NCBI GenBank assembly: GCA_946409475.1
Contig: CAMJWQ010000001.1
Coordinates: forward strand, 1-37,264
Source of the DNA: an uncultured Lachnospiraceae bacterium
GTDB taxonomy: Bacteria; Bacillota; Clostridia; Lachnospirales; Lachnospiraceae
Direction of reading: 5' to 3'
Length of the DNA: 37,264 nucleotides
The translations under genes and the position numbers were made by a program. Shown piece by piece: positions 7,143-16,803 of this stretch (position 1 is the stretch's first letter; every line of letters starts with the position of its first letter). The notes beneath the pieces were generated by a model. It was given only the letters and a program-made list of their open reading frames with translations. It made no database searches and was not told where the DNA came from.

Positions 7143-8583
7143 AAAAAGATTAATGGAAATGGTGAAAGAAATGCCCGGGCCGAAAAGAGAAATGAAGTTC
7201 TCTAAGCAAAAGGAGAAGGGCAGGAAACAGTGGTATCAATCAGGAAGCATAGGAAGAAAAGCAGCAATTATCGGAGGACTCATAATAACACTTGGTATAG
7301 CAACCCCCATATTTGCAGCTAATTTTAATATTAATGAGCTGTTCAAAGGTTATTTTAAAGAATTTAAGGGAACTTCCGGTGGGGAGGGAAATGAGGCTTT
7401 ATTATCGGAACCGGCTGCAGATGATAATATCTTCTTAACGGAAGCCAGCCAGATTATTGAGCAGACGACGGAAAATAACGGACTGCGTATGTCCTTACGG
7501 GGTATGGTGGGAGATGCCAATTCCTTATTTTTAGCTTTAGATGTTGAGACGGTGGATGGCGGTGCCTTCAGTAGTGAGACGGATAATATGTTAAATGCGT
7601 ATACCTTTGATAAGGTTTTTTTGAAAATTGACGATGCGGATATCGGGCAATATTGTAACATGACAAGAATTGATGACGGCAGTGAGACAGGGAAAGCAAC
7701 CTTTATGATAAATGAGACCATATCTAATGAAGCCGTTCCGGATATTACCGGACATCACATCACCTTAACCATCAATGATATGAAGAAAAGAAGCAATAAA
7801 ATAATAAGCTTTGATATGGAGAAAGATATTGCAGAGCTTTTAGAGCAATTTCCTGCCTTGACAGAAGAGAACGAGGGACTGCAGAAGAATTATATCTTAA
7901 AGAAAACAAGTGCCGATGTGAAATTCTCGAAGGCCTATCCGAATTTAGCTGTCAATAATATGGGTATGGTACAGGGAAGCCTGTTTGTTAATTTGACTCT
8001 AAATGGAGATATTACCTCTGAGGAGCTGTCCAATCAGGGATTGATGGTAATAAACCGGAATACGGGTGAAGAATTAAGTATTTACGGAATGAGTGCCAAA
8101 TCTATGGCAGACTCCGTGGGAGGACTGGAAGGAGACCAGGCGCAATCCGATTTTGACAGTAATAACGATGTCATATCCGTTAGATATCAATTCCAGGGAA
8201 TAGGCAGCAAACAGCAATTAAAGGACGCAGTATTTGCCATGGGAGGAAAGGGCTTCTACGAAATAATCAAACCCGGTGAATGGAATTTTGATTTTACGGT
8301 AAATTATACCGATACCTCACATGTTTATCAGACGGAAGAAGCAACGATAACCATATCACCCATAGCACTGGCCATCCTATGGAAAGATGATTCCATGGCG
8401 GAAGACACGGTTATTAATCAGGTTAATCTGGAATTACAGGATGGTACCCGGGTTCCCGTTACCGGATTCAGCTATGGACCGGATAAGGAAGCCTACACTT
8501 GTAAAGGAATGCTTCCGGTCTTGATTGATGTGGAAAAGGTGAAGGCCATATGGGTAAATGACAAAAAGCTTATCCTGGACTAA
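7123..8583 (+). CDS. putative membrane anti-sigma factor (DUF4179-like) with large extracytoplasmic domain
   Basis: The gene overlaps the sigma gene by 20 nt and has GGAAGGAG upstream. It has a single transmembrane segment, AAIIGGLIITLGIATPIFA. Its position and architecture are typical of ECF partners. Confidence 0.6.
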   Translation: MLDKMFEKRLMEMVKEMPGPKREMKFSKQKEKGRKQWYQSGSIGRKAAIIGGLIITLGIATPIFAANFNINELFKGYFKEFKGTSGGEGNEALLSEPAADDNIFLTEASQIIEQTTENNGLRMSLRGMVGDANSLFLALDVETVDGGAFSSETDNMLNAYTFDKVFLKIDDADIGQYCNMTRIDDGSETGKATFMINETISNEAVPDITGHHITLTINDMKKRSNKIISFDMEKDIAELLEQFPALTEENEGLQKNYILKKTSADVKFSKAYPNLAVNNMGMVQGSLFVNLTLNGDITSEELSNQGLMVINRNTGEELSIYGMSAKSMADSVGGLEGDQAQSDFDSNNDVISVRYQFQGIGSKQQLKDAVFAMGGKGFYEIIKPGEWNFDFTVNYTDTSHVYQTEEATITISPIALAILWKDDSMAEDTVINQVNLELQDGTRVPVTGFSYGPDKEAYTCKGMLPVLIDVEKVKAIWVNDKKLILD

Positions 8584-8611
8584 GGAGAAGCTCTAAAATA
8601 AGAAAATAACA

Positions 8612-8637
8612 GGGGACTATGTTTTTGCATAGTCCCC
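8612..8637. terminator. bidirectional terminator hairpin between convergent genes
   Basis: GGGGACTATG, a tttttg loop, then CATAGTCCCC, with A/T-rich flanks. Confidence 0.7.
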
Positions 8638-8649
8638 AAATGCTTTTAA

Positions 8650-10881
8650 TTATTCCGATTCTTCCGTAACTGCAGCTTCACCGGCAGAATCATAACCCGG
8701 AGCTTCCTCAATGGAATCTATTGCAGGAACAGTTTTTTCACCCTCCAAATCGGCTTCAGGATATTCTGCATTTTCATTATTTATTACATTATCTGCATTT
8801 TCCTTGCTTTTTTCCTTCTTTTTACGCTTTTTACTTTTTTTCTTTGACGGTATCTCCTGTATACCGGTAGAATCGGAGCCATCAGATTCTAATTTGAATT
8901 TGGAAATGCTGTCCATCATTTCCTTAGTCCGTTCACTTAAAGTCAAAGCCGAATTTGCCACATCCTCCGAGGAGCTGGCTATCTGTTCCGTAGAGGCGGC
9001 AATTTCCTCCGTGGAAGCAGATGTTTCTTCCGAAATAGCGGAAATTGTTTCGATTCTGTTCATGATATCTTCTTTTTCATGATTAATTTTAACGGTTGAA
9101 TTTGTAACCGTGTCTACCTTGGGTACGATTTCCTCAACGGCATTCAGGATTAAGTTAACGGAGTCAATACTTTCATTAATGGATTTGGTCTGTTCCGCAA
9201 ATTCCTCGCTGATAACTTTAGTAGTATCTACAATAACGGTATTATCAGAAAGAATATCGTTAATTAAGTTAGAAATCGTAACAGAGGACTCTCTTGACTG
9301 TTCGGCCAATTTACGGATTTCATCGGCAACAACGGCAAATCCCTTTCCGGCCTCACCTACTCTTGCGGCTTCAATGGCGGCATTTAAGGAGAGAAGGTTC
9401 GTTTGCTCGGAGATTTCATTAATAGCATTGGTAATATCATTTATTTTTACAATCTTCTTGCCTAAGCTATCAATCCCCTCCTCAAAATCCTTAAAGGAGG
9501 AATTGGTTTCTTTTACGGAACCGGCAAGGCTGTTCATATTTTCGTTGCTCTTTTCGGATAAGTTTTGGATATCTATGATATTAGCATAAACGGTCTGGGT
9601 ATCCACCGCAATCTGTTCGATATTTTGAGAAAAAACATCCAGGCCTTCCATAATGGAGGCTAAGGAGTTAGCCTGCTCTACGGTGCCCTTTGCCACTTCC
9701 TGAACGGAATTAGTCATAACATTGGAAGAAGCGCTCATTTCCTGTGAAACGGCAGAAAGGTTTTGAGCATTCTGATCGATTAACAAGGAATTGTCACGTA
9801 TTAACAGTATCATGTCTTTTACGGATTCCTTCATAGCCTGGACGGCACGGATTACCTGACCGGATTCATCCTTTATATTCAGATGCTTTTCCGTTATATT
9901 GTGGGAAAAGTCCCCTTCGGTGATGGGATTTAAGTAGTTGATGGCAATTTTTAGTTTTTTTGTAATACCGTTGGAAATAAGATATACAATAATGATAGAA
10001 AATATTAGAAAAATTATGGCCGTCAAAACGCTGGTGCTGATCAATTTGCTTGATTCTGACAGCAATTCCGATCTTTCCACCGTAATGGCCAAGGACCAAT
10101 CCGTATTGGTTATCGGTGCATAGACCATGAATTTTTCAGTACCGTCCAGTCGATAAAAACCGGAACCGGCTTCTCTTTTCATCATTTTCTTTTCCAGCTC
10201 TGCTAAAGGGACCAGGCTTTTATCGGTCTCAGCATTCACTAAGTCATTGTCCATATTGGTAACAAGATCAATATCATAATGGGCTACCTTTGTACCCTCA
10301 CTGTTAATCATGAAGGCCCTGCCTGTTTCCCCGAAGGTAATGCTGCTTGCGATATCACTTATGATAGAAGCGTTTTTCGCGGCAACTAAAACACCCGATA
10401 TGGAACCGCTTTGATAGATGGGCGTCGCAAAGACCACGACTAATGAGCTGTCTGATTTACTGACGATGGGATCGGAAATTACCGTTTGTCCGTTTAAAGC
10501 TTTTTGATAGTAATCACTGTCCGCAACATTTGCCTCGGAATTATCACTATATACAATGTTACCTTCTAAATCAACAATACCCATGGATAAGTAGTCATTA
10601 TTAATGATAGTGGTAGTCATCTTACTTAATTTCTGTAAGGGAGTTAAATTTGTGTCGGTTATGTAGCCGAGAACGGCAGCATTTTTTAAATTCGTTAACT
10701 CACCCTCCACCTTGTTACTGATGGCCTGACTTCCCTGTAAAGCCACGGCCTCCATGGTAGTCTGGGCTGTGCTTTGTATGGCATTTGAAGCCAAGCGTAC
10801 AGCAAGAATACTGGTTACCAGAATAATGGCGGTAATCAGTACACTCGTAAACAGGATTAATTTTGTTTTAATACTTTTCAT
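8650..10881 (-). CDS. methyl-accepting chemotaxis protein (TM, dCache-like, TM, HAMP, MA domain) with Lys-rich/acidic C-terminal tail
   Basis: AAGGAGAGG lies upstream of the start. The MA tip motif is [34 protein letters not shown]. There are two hydrophobic segments and a periplasmic Cache-like region. Confidence 0.9.
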   Translation of the reverse strand: MKSIKTKLILFTSVLITAIILVTSILAVRLASNAIQSTAQTTMEAVALQGSQAISNKVEGELTNLKNAAVLGYITDTNLTPLQKLSKMTTTIINNDYLSMGIVDLEGNIVYSDNSEANVADSDYYQKALNGQTVISDPIVSKSDSSLVVVFATPIYQSGSISGVLVAAKNASIISDIASSITFGETGRAFMINSEGTKVAHYDIDLVTNMDNDLVNAETDKSLVPLAELEKKMMKREAGSGFYRLDGTEKFMVYAPITNTDWSLAITVERSELLSESSKLISTSVLTAIIFLIFSIIIVYLISNGITKKLKIAINYLNPITEGDFSHNITEKHLNIKDESGQVIRAVQAMKESVKDMILLIRDNSLLIDQNAQNLSAVSQEMSASSNVMTNSVQEVAKGTVEQANSLASIMEGLDVFSQNIEQIAVDTQTVYANIIDIQNLSEKSNENMNSLAGSVKETNSSFKDFEEGIDSLGKKIVKINDITNAINEISEQTNLLSLNAAIEAARVGEAGKGFAVVADEIRKLAEQSRESSVTISNLINDILSDNTVIVDTTKVISEEFAEQTKSINESIDSVNLILNAVEEIVPKVDTVTNSTVKINHEKEDIMNRIETISAISEETSASTEEIAASTEQIASSSEDVANSALTLSERTKEMMDSISKFKLESDGSDSTGIQEIPSKKKSKKRKKKEKSKENADNVINNENAEYPEADLEGEKTVPAIDSIEEAPGYDSAGEAAVTEESE

Positions 10882-11120
10882 TAGTGTCCTCTCCTTGATT
10901 GGTAATATTTACAGTACATTTTTTTGTAAAGTAGCAGGAAATATAATTTCTTTTCAATGTAAACATGTTTTCACAGTTTATAATGAAACAGTGACTGTAG
11001 TATATTACTCGTCCAGTATATCATTTTTGCTAGATGTTGTAAAATATAAAAACACAAATTTTGTTAGAAATTGGCATAATAATGAAAAAAATGGCATATA
11101 TGAGAAAATAATAAAAAATA

Positions 11121-11149
11121 TTGACGTTTTATGTTTGTTGAGATATGAT
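11121..11149 (+). promoter_or_regulatory. sigma-A type promoter driving the riboswitch transcript
   Basis: TTGACG (11121-11126), a 17-nt spacer, then TATGAT (11144-11149). Confidence 0.55.
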
Positions 11150-11179
11150 GGAATGGTAAAGATTAGCAGATAATATAAC

Positions 11180-11290
11180 TTCTATTGACAATGGCAAACT
11201 AGCTGAAAAGCTAGGACGCAAAGCTAAAGGGCCTCCTTCGGTATAGTAAGCCTGCAGAAGGCAGATATATTCCGGCATGGCAGCCAGTTT
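11180..11290 (+). ncRNA. c-di-GMP-I (GEMM-I) riboswitch aptamer
   Basis: atGGCAAACtagctGAAAagctaGGACGCAAAGCtaaaGGGCC...ccGGCatGGCAGCC parallels the Vc2-type pattern GGCAAACC-stem-GAAA-stem-GGGACGCAAAGCC. This includes the GNRA tetraloop hairpin and a second hairpin. Confidence 0.7.
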
Positions 11291-11449
11291 CCAAAAGGAA
11301 GTAATAATAAATATAGCATTACATGATAGCATTCGTGTCTATGTGGAAAATAGCGGAGAATACTATTTTTTGTGGTGGGAAAAATTAAATTTGTATAGGA
11401 GATGCAGGCAGATTTGACCTGACAGGGCAGATGGAATGCGGATTATGAT

Positions 11450-11480
11450 AAGGCAGACAACCGAACGTGTTGTCTGCCTT
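11450..11480. terminator. terminator hairpin shared by the riboswitch transcript (+) and the convergent C26 gene (-)
   Basis: AAGGCAGACAAC, a cgaacgt loop, then GTTGTCTGCCTT. On the plus strand it is followed by ATTATAATT. Confidence 0.65.
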
Positions 11481-11483
11481 ATT

Positions 11484-11523
11484 ATAATTCATGACAGGTG
11501 AGGCTGCCTGCAGGCCCATCCTG
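11484..11523 (-). repeat. 40-bp element, copy 1 (inverted relative to copy 2)
   Basis: The reverse complement is CAGGATGGGCCTGCAGGCAGCCTCACCTGTCATGAATTAT. It matches 20625-20664 at 37 of 40 positions by manual alignment. Confidence 0.85.
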
Positions 11524-11529
11524 CTCCGG

Positions 11530-12171
11530 CTAACACATATCTAAAAAATATTGAAGTACATAAGAACCGTCAACCGTATTTTCTGTCTTTTTATCAAAGC
11601 ACATGCGTTCCGGATGCCATTGTACCCCTATAACAGGTAAAATATTATGGCAGAGGCCCTCCATGACCCCGTCAAAGGAGTAAGAAACGGCAGTCAGGTT
11701 TTTTCCCAGGCTGCCGCAGCCCTGATGGTGGGAACTGTTTGTCATAAACTCCTTTCCATAGAGCTTATAGAGAAAAAATTCGGGTAAGGCTTTTGTCATA
11801 TGTATCAGGAACCCATCCTTTGATTTATGGGAATCCGCATTAGGAAGATCCTGTACAATATCTCCGCCAAAGAAAACATTAATGACCTGCATGCCCTTGC
11901 AGATTCCAAGAACCGGCTTTTGGGCTTCCGTAAACTGCTTCAGGAGCCGGAACTGTTTTTTGTCCAGCTCCCGGTCAATACTTTGAGAACCCTTATTCTC
12001 CTGACGGAAAAAGGAAGGATGGATATCTCCTCCGCCCGGAAGCAACAGACCGTCGTAAGCCTTTATTTTATCCGTGTCCGGTGAGGCCACAGGATCGGTA
12101 CCCAGATTTTTTAAGGCATTTATATAATTCACACAATCCTTTTCATATCCGGCAATTAATATTTTTTTCAT
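11530..12171 (-). CDS. class I glutamine amidotransferase-like / peptidase C26 gamma-glutamyl hydrolase family protein
   Basis: I set the start at the ATG (rc of 12169-12171), which has GGAGGTGA upstream. The track ORF begins at a TTG at 12183. Family motifs are GICKGMQVINVFFGGD, HHQG and VQWHPE. Confidence 0.85.
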   Translation of the reverse strand: MKKILIAGYEKDCVNYINALKNLGTDPVASPDTDKIKAYDGLLLPGGGDIHPSFFRQENKGSQSIDRELDKKQFRLLKQFTEAQKPVLGICKGMQVINVFFGGDIVQDLPNADSHKSKDGFLIHMTKALPEFFLYKLYGKEFMTNSSHHQGCGSLGKNLTAVSYSFDGVMEGLCHNILPVIGVQWHPERMCFDKKTENTVDGSYVLQYFLDMC

Positions 12172-12307
12172 AGTCACCTCCAATTATCTTCATTCCTGCA
12201 TAAAGTATACACCTAAGGCTTTAAATTGCAAGAATTAAAATAAAGGGTATTTCCTTTTTAGGAATTAAATATTATACTGGTAAAAAAACAGGTAGTGGGG
12301 ACGGATA

Positions 12308-12877
12308 ATGAAAAATATACGAAATATCAGGAAAGAGAAAAAAATGACCCTGGAAGGTCTGAGTGCAAAAACAGGCTATACCATTGGTTATCTTTCACAA
12401 ATTGAAAGGCAGCTGCGTACACCTACCTTAAATACCTTACGTAAAATTGCTTTTGCCTTTGATTTGGATGTGACGGATCTTCTTTATGAATACGAGGAAA
12501 ATAAGGAAGCCGGGGAAAGGAAACTGACAGATGACTGCTATGTGGTTAAGAAGGAAGACAGAAGCGCGCTGGTAATTCCGGAGCTGGATCTGACCTATGA
12601 AATCATTATTCAAAACAAGATGATAAATGGAAGAAATTGCCGGGTGAAAGCCATGATCTGCAAACTGAAGCCGGGAGATAAAGGAACGGGAAGCCTGGTA
12701 AAACATACAACGGATGAATTCATATTAGTGCAAAAAGGAATCATGTGCTGTGAAACCGGTACGGATAAAATCACCCTGACGGAAGGGGACAGTATGCTGA
12801 TACCCGCAGGCTGTACCCATATGTTCCGGAATGTTTCAAAGGACACTACCGCAGAAATTTTAATGATCATGCGATAA
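12308..12877 (+). CDS. XRE-family HTH plus cupin domain transcriptional regulator
   Basis: The N-terminal HTH is LSAKTGYTIGYLSQIERQLRTPTLNTLRKIAFAFD. The C-terminal cupin-like region is GDSMLIPAGCTHMFRN. Confidence 0.85.
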   Translation: MKNIRNIRKEKKMTLEGLSAKTGYTIGYLSQIERQLRTPTLNTLRKIAFAFDLDVTDLLYEYEENKEAGERKLTDDCYVVKKEDRSALVIPELDLTYEIIIQNKMINGRNCRVKAMICKLKPGDKGTGSLVKHTTDEFILVQKGIMCCETGTDKITLTEGDSMLIPAGCTHMFRNVSKDTTAEILMIMR

Positions 12878-13018
12878 ATTTGTTACCATTCAGCCGGACA
12901 AAGCACAGCGGAATGGAGCCGGCATGGTCAAATAATAAGGTAGTAACATAAATTTTTACTCACAGCTAAAAAAATATTGACAAAAGAAAATTTGTGTAAT
13001 ATCATTACTGTATTATAA

Positions 13019-13057
13019 ACAGCGAGGATGCTAGGTTAGCTCCCGGCTGTTTTTTTT
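13019..13057 (+). terminator. imperfect hairpin plus T8, either the regulator-gene terminator or a leader attenuator
   Basis: ACAGC...GGAtGCTAggtTAGCTCC...GCTGT followed by TTTTTTTT. Confidence 0.5.
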
Positions 13058-13136
13058 GCTTTTTGGAAATAAATTGCCATAAAGCTGCAAGCCCGGCGGG
13101 ATAACCGCCCATAAAAAAATCAGGAGGAGATAGGAT

Positions 13137-14819
13137 ATGAAAAGATGGAATCTAAAAAAAGCGATTGCTTTGGTAACCTGTGCAGCCATGCTGTTTGGCA
13201 TGACAGGCTGCGGAAATTCTGCGGATACCTCTGCGGGAGAAACACAGACGGAGGAAACGGGAACGGCGGCGGATACGGAAGCAGCCCGGACAACCGACGG
13301 AGACAATACTCTTAGGGTAGGTTTGCCTCTTGACGTACTCGGTAATCTGGATGTTATGATTACCTCCCAGAATACCGTATTCCAAATATCCGATACCATT
13401 ACGGATACCTTAATGGGCAAGGATGAGGAGACCCTGGATCTATACCCTCTTTTACTGGAGGATTTTCCGGAGGTTTCTGAAGATGGTTTGATTTATACCT
13501 GTAAGCTGAAGCAGGGCGTTAAATTCCATGACGGTACGGAATTAACGGCGGATGATGTGGTTTTTACCTTCAACAGATTCTTTAATCCCGCAACGGAAGG
13601 GAATATGGTCTGGTTATGCGATGATGTAATAAAGGGTGCCTATGAAATGGAGGACGGAAGCGCGACGGAGGTCTCCGGCATCCAAAAGGTAGACGATTAT
13701 ACCTTTACCATTGAATTAAATTATGCATTCTCTGCATTCACTTCTATTTTGGCGGCTTCTCCTTTAGGAATCATTTCCCAGGAGGCCTGCGAAGCGGCGG
13801 GAGACAGCTGGGGACTGGAAACCTATGTGGGTACCGGCTCTTACATGGTGGAAAGCTTTACCCCGAAGGAAGAATTGGTCTTAACGAGGTTCGACGATTA
13901 CTTTGATGGCGCTAAATCCGTGGACAAGATCGTATATACCAACATGGATGAAAGTACCGCTTTAATGGAATTCGAAGCGGGAAATATTGACGTTTGCGGA
14001 TTGCCCACCTCTTTGGCGCAGGATTACATCAACGATCCGGATTTCGGTGATAACGTAAAATATCAGGAATTTATGGGTATCTGGGCATTGCATTATAATA
14101 TGGCTATTGAACCCTTTAATGATCCGAAGGTAAGAGAAGCCATTGCCTATGCCATTGACCTGGATACGTTATGCAACGGTTATTATGAAGGAGCCCACAC
14201 ACCGGCCAACAGCTTAATACCGAAGGGCATTCCGGGCTACGACGAAAGCAATCCCGTCCACCCCTATGATCCGGAAAAGGCTAAGGAATTACTGGCGGAA
14301 GCCGGGTATGCCGATGGCCTGACCTTTACGGCGGCTGTTAAAAATCTGGATACTATAGTGGAATGCTTTGAGGTTTTACAGGCACAATTAGCCGAAGTCG
14401 GCATTACCATGGAATTAGAGCTGTGCGATTCGGGCAGCTGGGCTGAAAAGAGAAAGCAGGACGGCGGAACACAGATGTATATGATAACCTGGTATGCGGA
14501 TTATGTAGACCCGGATATGTACATGTATCTGCTGTATCACAGCTCCGTATCCGATAACTTTGCGAACGGCTTCAGCTCCGAGTACAATGCGGAGGATTCC
14601 GCCTGGTATGATGAGCAGGTAGAGGCCGGCAGAAGAATAACGGATCCTGAGGAAAAGGAAAAATTCTATTCTGATCTGGAAAGATGGCTGACAACGGAAT
14701 ATTATGCGGAGGTACCCTTGTTCTGTGCATCGGAATATTATATGGTAGCCGATAATGTAAGCGGCGTTGTTTATAAGAGCGACTTCTTATACAGCTATGA
14801 AAATGCGGTAATCGAGTAG
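13137..14819 (+). CDS. ABC transporter substrate-binding lipoprotein, family 5 (peptide/nickel, DppA/OppA/GsiB-like)
   Basis: GGAGG lies upstream of the start. The lipobox is LFGMTGCGNS. The length and sequence are typical of SBP_bac_5. Confidence 0.9.
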   Translation: MKRWNLKKAIALVTCAAMLFGMTGCGNSADTSAGETQTEETGTAADTEAARTTDGDNTLRVGLPLDVLGNLDVMITSQNTVFQISDTITDTLMGKDEETLDLYPLLLEDFPEVSEDGLIYTCKLKQGVKFHDGTELTADDVVFTFNRFFNPATEGNMVWLCDDVIKGAYEMEDGSATEVSGIQKVDDYTFTIELNYAFSAFTSILAASPLGIISQEACEAAGDSWGLETYVGTGSYMVESFTPKEELVLTRFDDYFDGAKSVDKIVYTNMDESTALMEFEAGNIDVCGLPTSLAQDYINDPDFGDNVKYQEFMGIWALHYNMAIEPFNDPKVREAIAYAIDLDTLCNGYYEGAHTPANSLIPKGIPGYDESNPVHPYDPEKAKELLAEAGYADGLTFTAAVKNLDTIVECFEVLQAQLAEVGITMELELCDSGSWAEKRKQDGGTQMYMITWYADYVDPDMYMYLLYHSSVSDNFANGFSSEYNAEDSAWYDEQVEAGRRITDPEEKEKFYSDLERWLTTEYYAEVPLFCASEYYMVADNVSGVVYKSDFLYSYENAVIE

Positions 14820-14892
14820 CAGCATGATAACAGCCGGGATATTTGTAAATACAGGTAAAATGCCGGACTGCATGCGGATTTCCGGTTTCACT

Positions 14893-14920
14893 GGGGCAGG
14901 TTTTACATCTGCCCCTTATT
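14893..14920 (+). terminator. intra-operon hairpin after the binding-protein gene (partial terminator or stabiliser)
   Basis: GGGGCAG, a 9-nt loop, then CTGCCCC, followed by TTATT. Confidence 0.45.
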
Positions 14921-14944
14921 ACTAAAAAGCAAAGAAGGTTTTTT

Positions 14945-15865
14945 ATGGTTAAGTATTTTTTTAAGAGATTAGGTCAGGCACTTATTGTTCTTATTGGTGT
15001 TACGTTAGTAACCTTTTTATTGTTAAATGTAATACCGGGAGATCCCGTTGCCGTCATGCTGGATAAAAATGCGACTCCCCAGGCAGTGGAAAACTTAAGG
15101 CATGAATGGGGTCTGGATAAACCCCTGCCCGTACAGTATATTAATTTTGTGCTCAATGCCTTCCGGGGGAATTTAGGGACCAGTTATTTTGAAAAAACGC
15201 CGGTTATGGCAATGCTGTTGTCGGGCTTGTCCGCTACCTTAAGACTGGGAGGTATCGCTTTTATTTTTTCCGCCTTGATCGGAGTTGTCTGCGGTACTTT
15301 GTCTGCCGTATTTCGGGGAAAACTGCTGGACAGGGTTTTAATGATTATCGCCATGCTGGGTATTTCTCTTCCTGTTTTCTGGATTGCCATCGTATTGCAG
15401 ATTATTTTCGGCTTAAAGCTCAGGTGGTTTCCCATCTCCGGCATAAAAGATCTTTCCGGATACATATTGCCCATGGTTGCTCTGGGCTCTACCTATGCAG
15501 GTTCCATGGCCAGACTGGTGCGTACCAGTGTACTGGAAGCCATATCCCAGGATTACGTAAAAACAGCCAGGTCAAAAGGCGTCAGCGAAGCGGTCGTGAT
15601 TATAAAGCATGTAATGCGTAATGCGGCGATTCCTATTGTCACCTTATCGGGAACGCAGATTAAATCTATTTTAACGGGTTCTATGATTATCGAGACGATT
15701 TTTTCTATTTCCGGAATAGGGAAAATTGCCATAAATGCCATTATGGTCCGGGATATTCCGGTGATTCAGGGTACGGTCCTATACACGGCCGCCTTGTTTG
15801 TAGTTATCAATCTGGTGGTGGATTTATTATACGGAGTCATTGATCCCAGAGTCAGAGTATCGTAA
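14945..15865 (+). CDS. peptide ABC transporter permease (DppB/OppB-like)
   Basis: The N-terminal motif is LLNVIPGDPV. The protein has multiple transmembrane segments and ends LLYGVIDPRVR. Confidence 0.9.
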   Translation: MVKYFFKRLGQALIVLIGVTLVTFLLLNVIPGDPVAVMLDKNATPQAVENLRHEWGLDKPLPVQYINFVLNAFRGNLGTSYFEKTPVMAMLLSGLSATLRLGGIAFIFSALIGVVCGTLSAVFRGKLLDRVLMIIAMLGISLPVFWIAIVLQIIFGLKLRWFPISGIKDLSGYILPMVALGSTYAGSMARLVRTSVLEAISQDYVKTARSKGVSEAVVIIKHVMRNAAIPIVTLSGTQIKSILTGSMIIETIFSISGIGKIAINAIMVRDIPVIQGTVLYTAALFVVINLVVDLLYGVIDPRVRVS

Positions 15866-15876
15866 GGGGAACGCTT

Positions 15877-16791
15877 ATGAAAATGTGGAATGCACTGTTT
15901 AACAGAAATAAATTATATGAAGAAGTGGGAATTGAAAATATCGATTCCACAAGTCTCTACAAAGATGCGTGGAAGCGTTTTAAAAAGAATAAATTTGCTA
16001 TGGTCTGTCTGGCGGCTATTGTGTTATTGGCGCTGGTCGCCATCTTTGCACCGTGGATAGCGCCTCATGATCCTTATAAGCAGGATGTTTTAAATAAGTT
16101 TGCGGAACCGTCACTTTTACATCCCTTAGGAACGGATAATTACGGAAGGGATATTTTATCACGGATTATTTACGGTGCCAGAGTATCTCTGGCCGTAGGA
16201 ATCGTAGCGGAAGCCATTGCGGTAACCATTGGGGTCATCGTAGGTGTGGCGGCGGGCTATTACGGAGGAAAGGTGGATACGGTGCTGTCAAGAATTATCG
16301 AGGTATTTGCATCCTTCCCCTTTATTTTGTTTGCCATTGCCGTTATGTTCATATTAGGACAGGGAATCATCAATGTGTTTATCGCCATCGGTGTCATCGG
16401 ATGGACGGGGCATGCCAGACTGATCAGAAGCCAGGTATTGCAGCTGCGCAGCAAAGAGTACGTGGAGGCGGCGAAGGCCGCAGGCTCCTCCAATTTCCGC
16501 ATCATGCTGAAGCATATGATACCCAATTGTCTGTCCACTATTATTGTCATCACTACTTTGGATATACCCAGTGATATCATGCTGGAAGCAACCTTAAGCT
16601 TTTTAGGCCTGGGAGTCGCACCGCCTACCTCCAGCTGGGGCGAAATGATCAGTGTCGCCAGAACCTTCCTGAGACAGCAGCCTATGTTTAGTATTTATCC
16701 CGGTATTGCCATTATGATTACCGTGCTGGCATTTAATACCTTAGGAGATGCGCTTCGTGATGCCTTGGATCCAAAGCTGAAAAATATGTAG
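15877..16791 (+). CDS. peptide ABC transporter permease (DppC/OppC-like)
   Basis: Motifs HPLGTDNYGRDILSRIIYGARVSL and an EAA-like AAKAAGSSNFRIMLKHMIPN are present. Confidence 0.9.
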   Translation: MKMWNALFNRNKLYEEVGIENIDSTSLYKDAWKRFKKNKFAMVCLAAIVLLALVAIFAPWIAPHDPYKQDVLNKFAEPSLLHPLGTDNYGRDILSRIIYGARVSLAVGIVAEAIAVTIGVIVGVAAGYYGGKVDTVLSRIIEVFASFPFILFAIAVMFILGQGIINVFIAIGVIGWTGHARLIRSQVLQLRSKEYVEAAKAAGSSNFRIMLKHMIPNCLSTIIVITTLDIPSDIMLEATLSFLGLGVAPPTSSWGEMISVARTFLRQQPMFSIYPGIAIMITVLAFNTLGDALRDALDPKLKNM

Positions 16792-16803
16792 GGGGATAGG
16801 AAA

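Noticed and set aside
8711-9589. Plus-strand ORFs of 123 and 159 aa inside the MCP gene.
   Set aside because: They are antisense to a well-supported 743-aa MCP, and their Ser/Leu/Ile-rich composition is typical of shadow ORFs. The same reasoning applies to 5029-5376, 7350-7721, 13031-13420, 16260-16580, 25834-26358, 27025-27489, 27837-28205, 29318-29950, 30795-31370 and 33186-33557.
11129-11332. 67-aa minus-strand ORF.
   Set aside because: It overlaps the GEMM-I aptamer on the opposite strand. It has no ribosome-binding site and no recognisable protein features.
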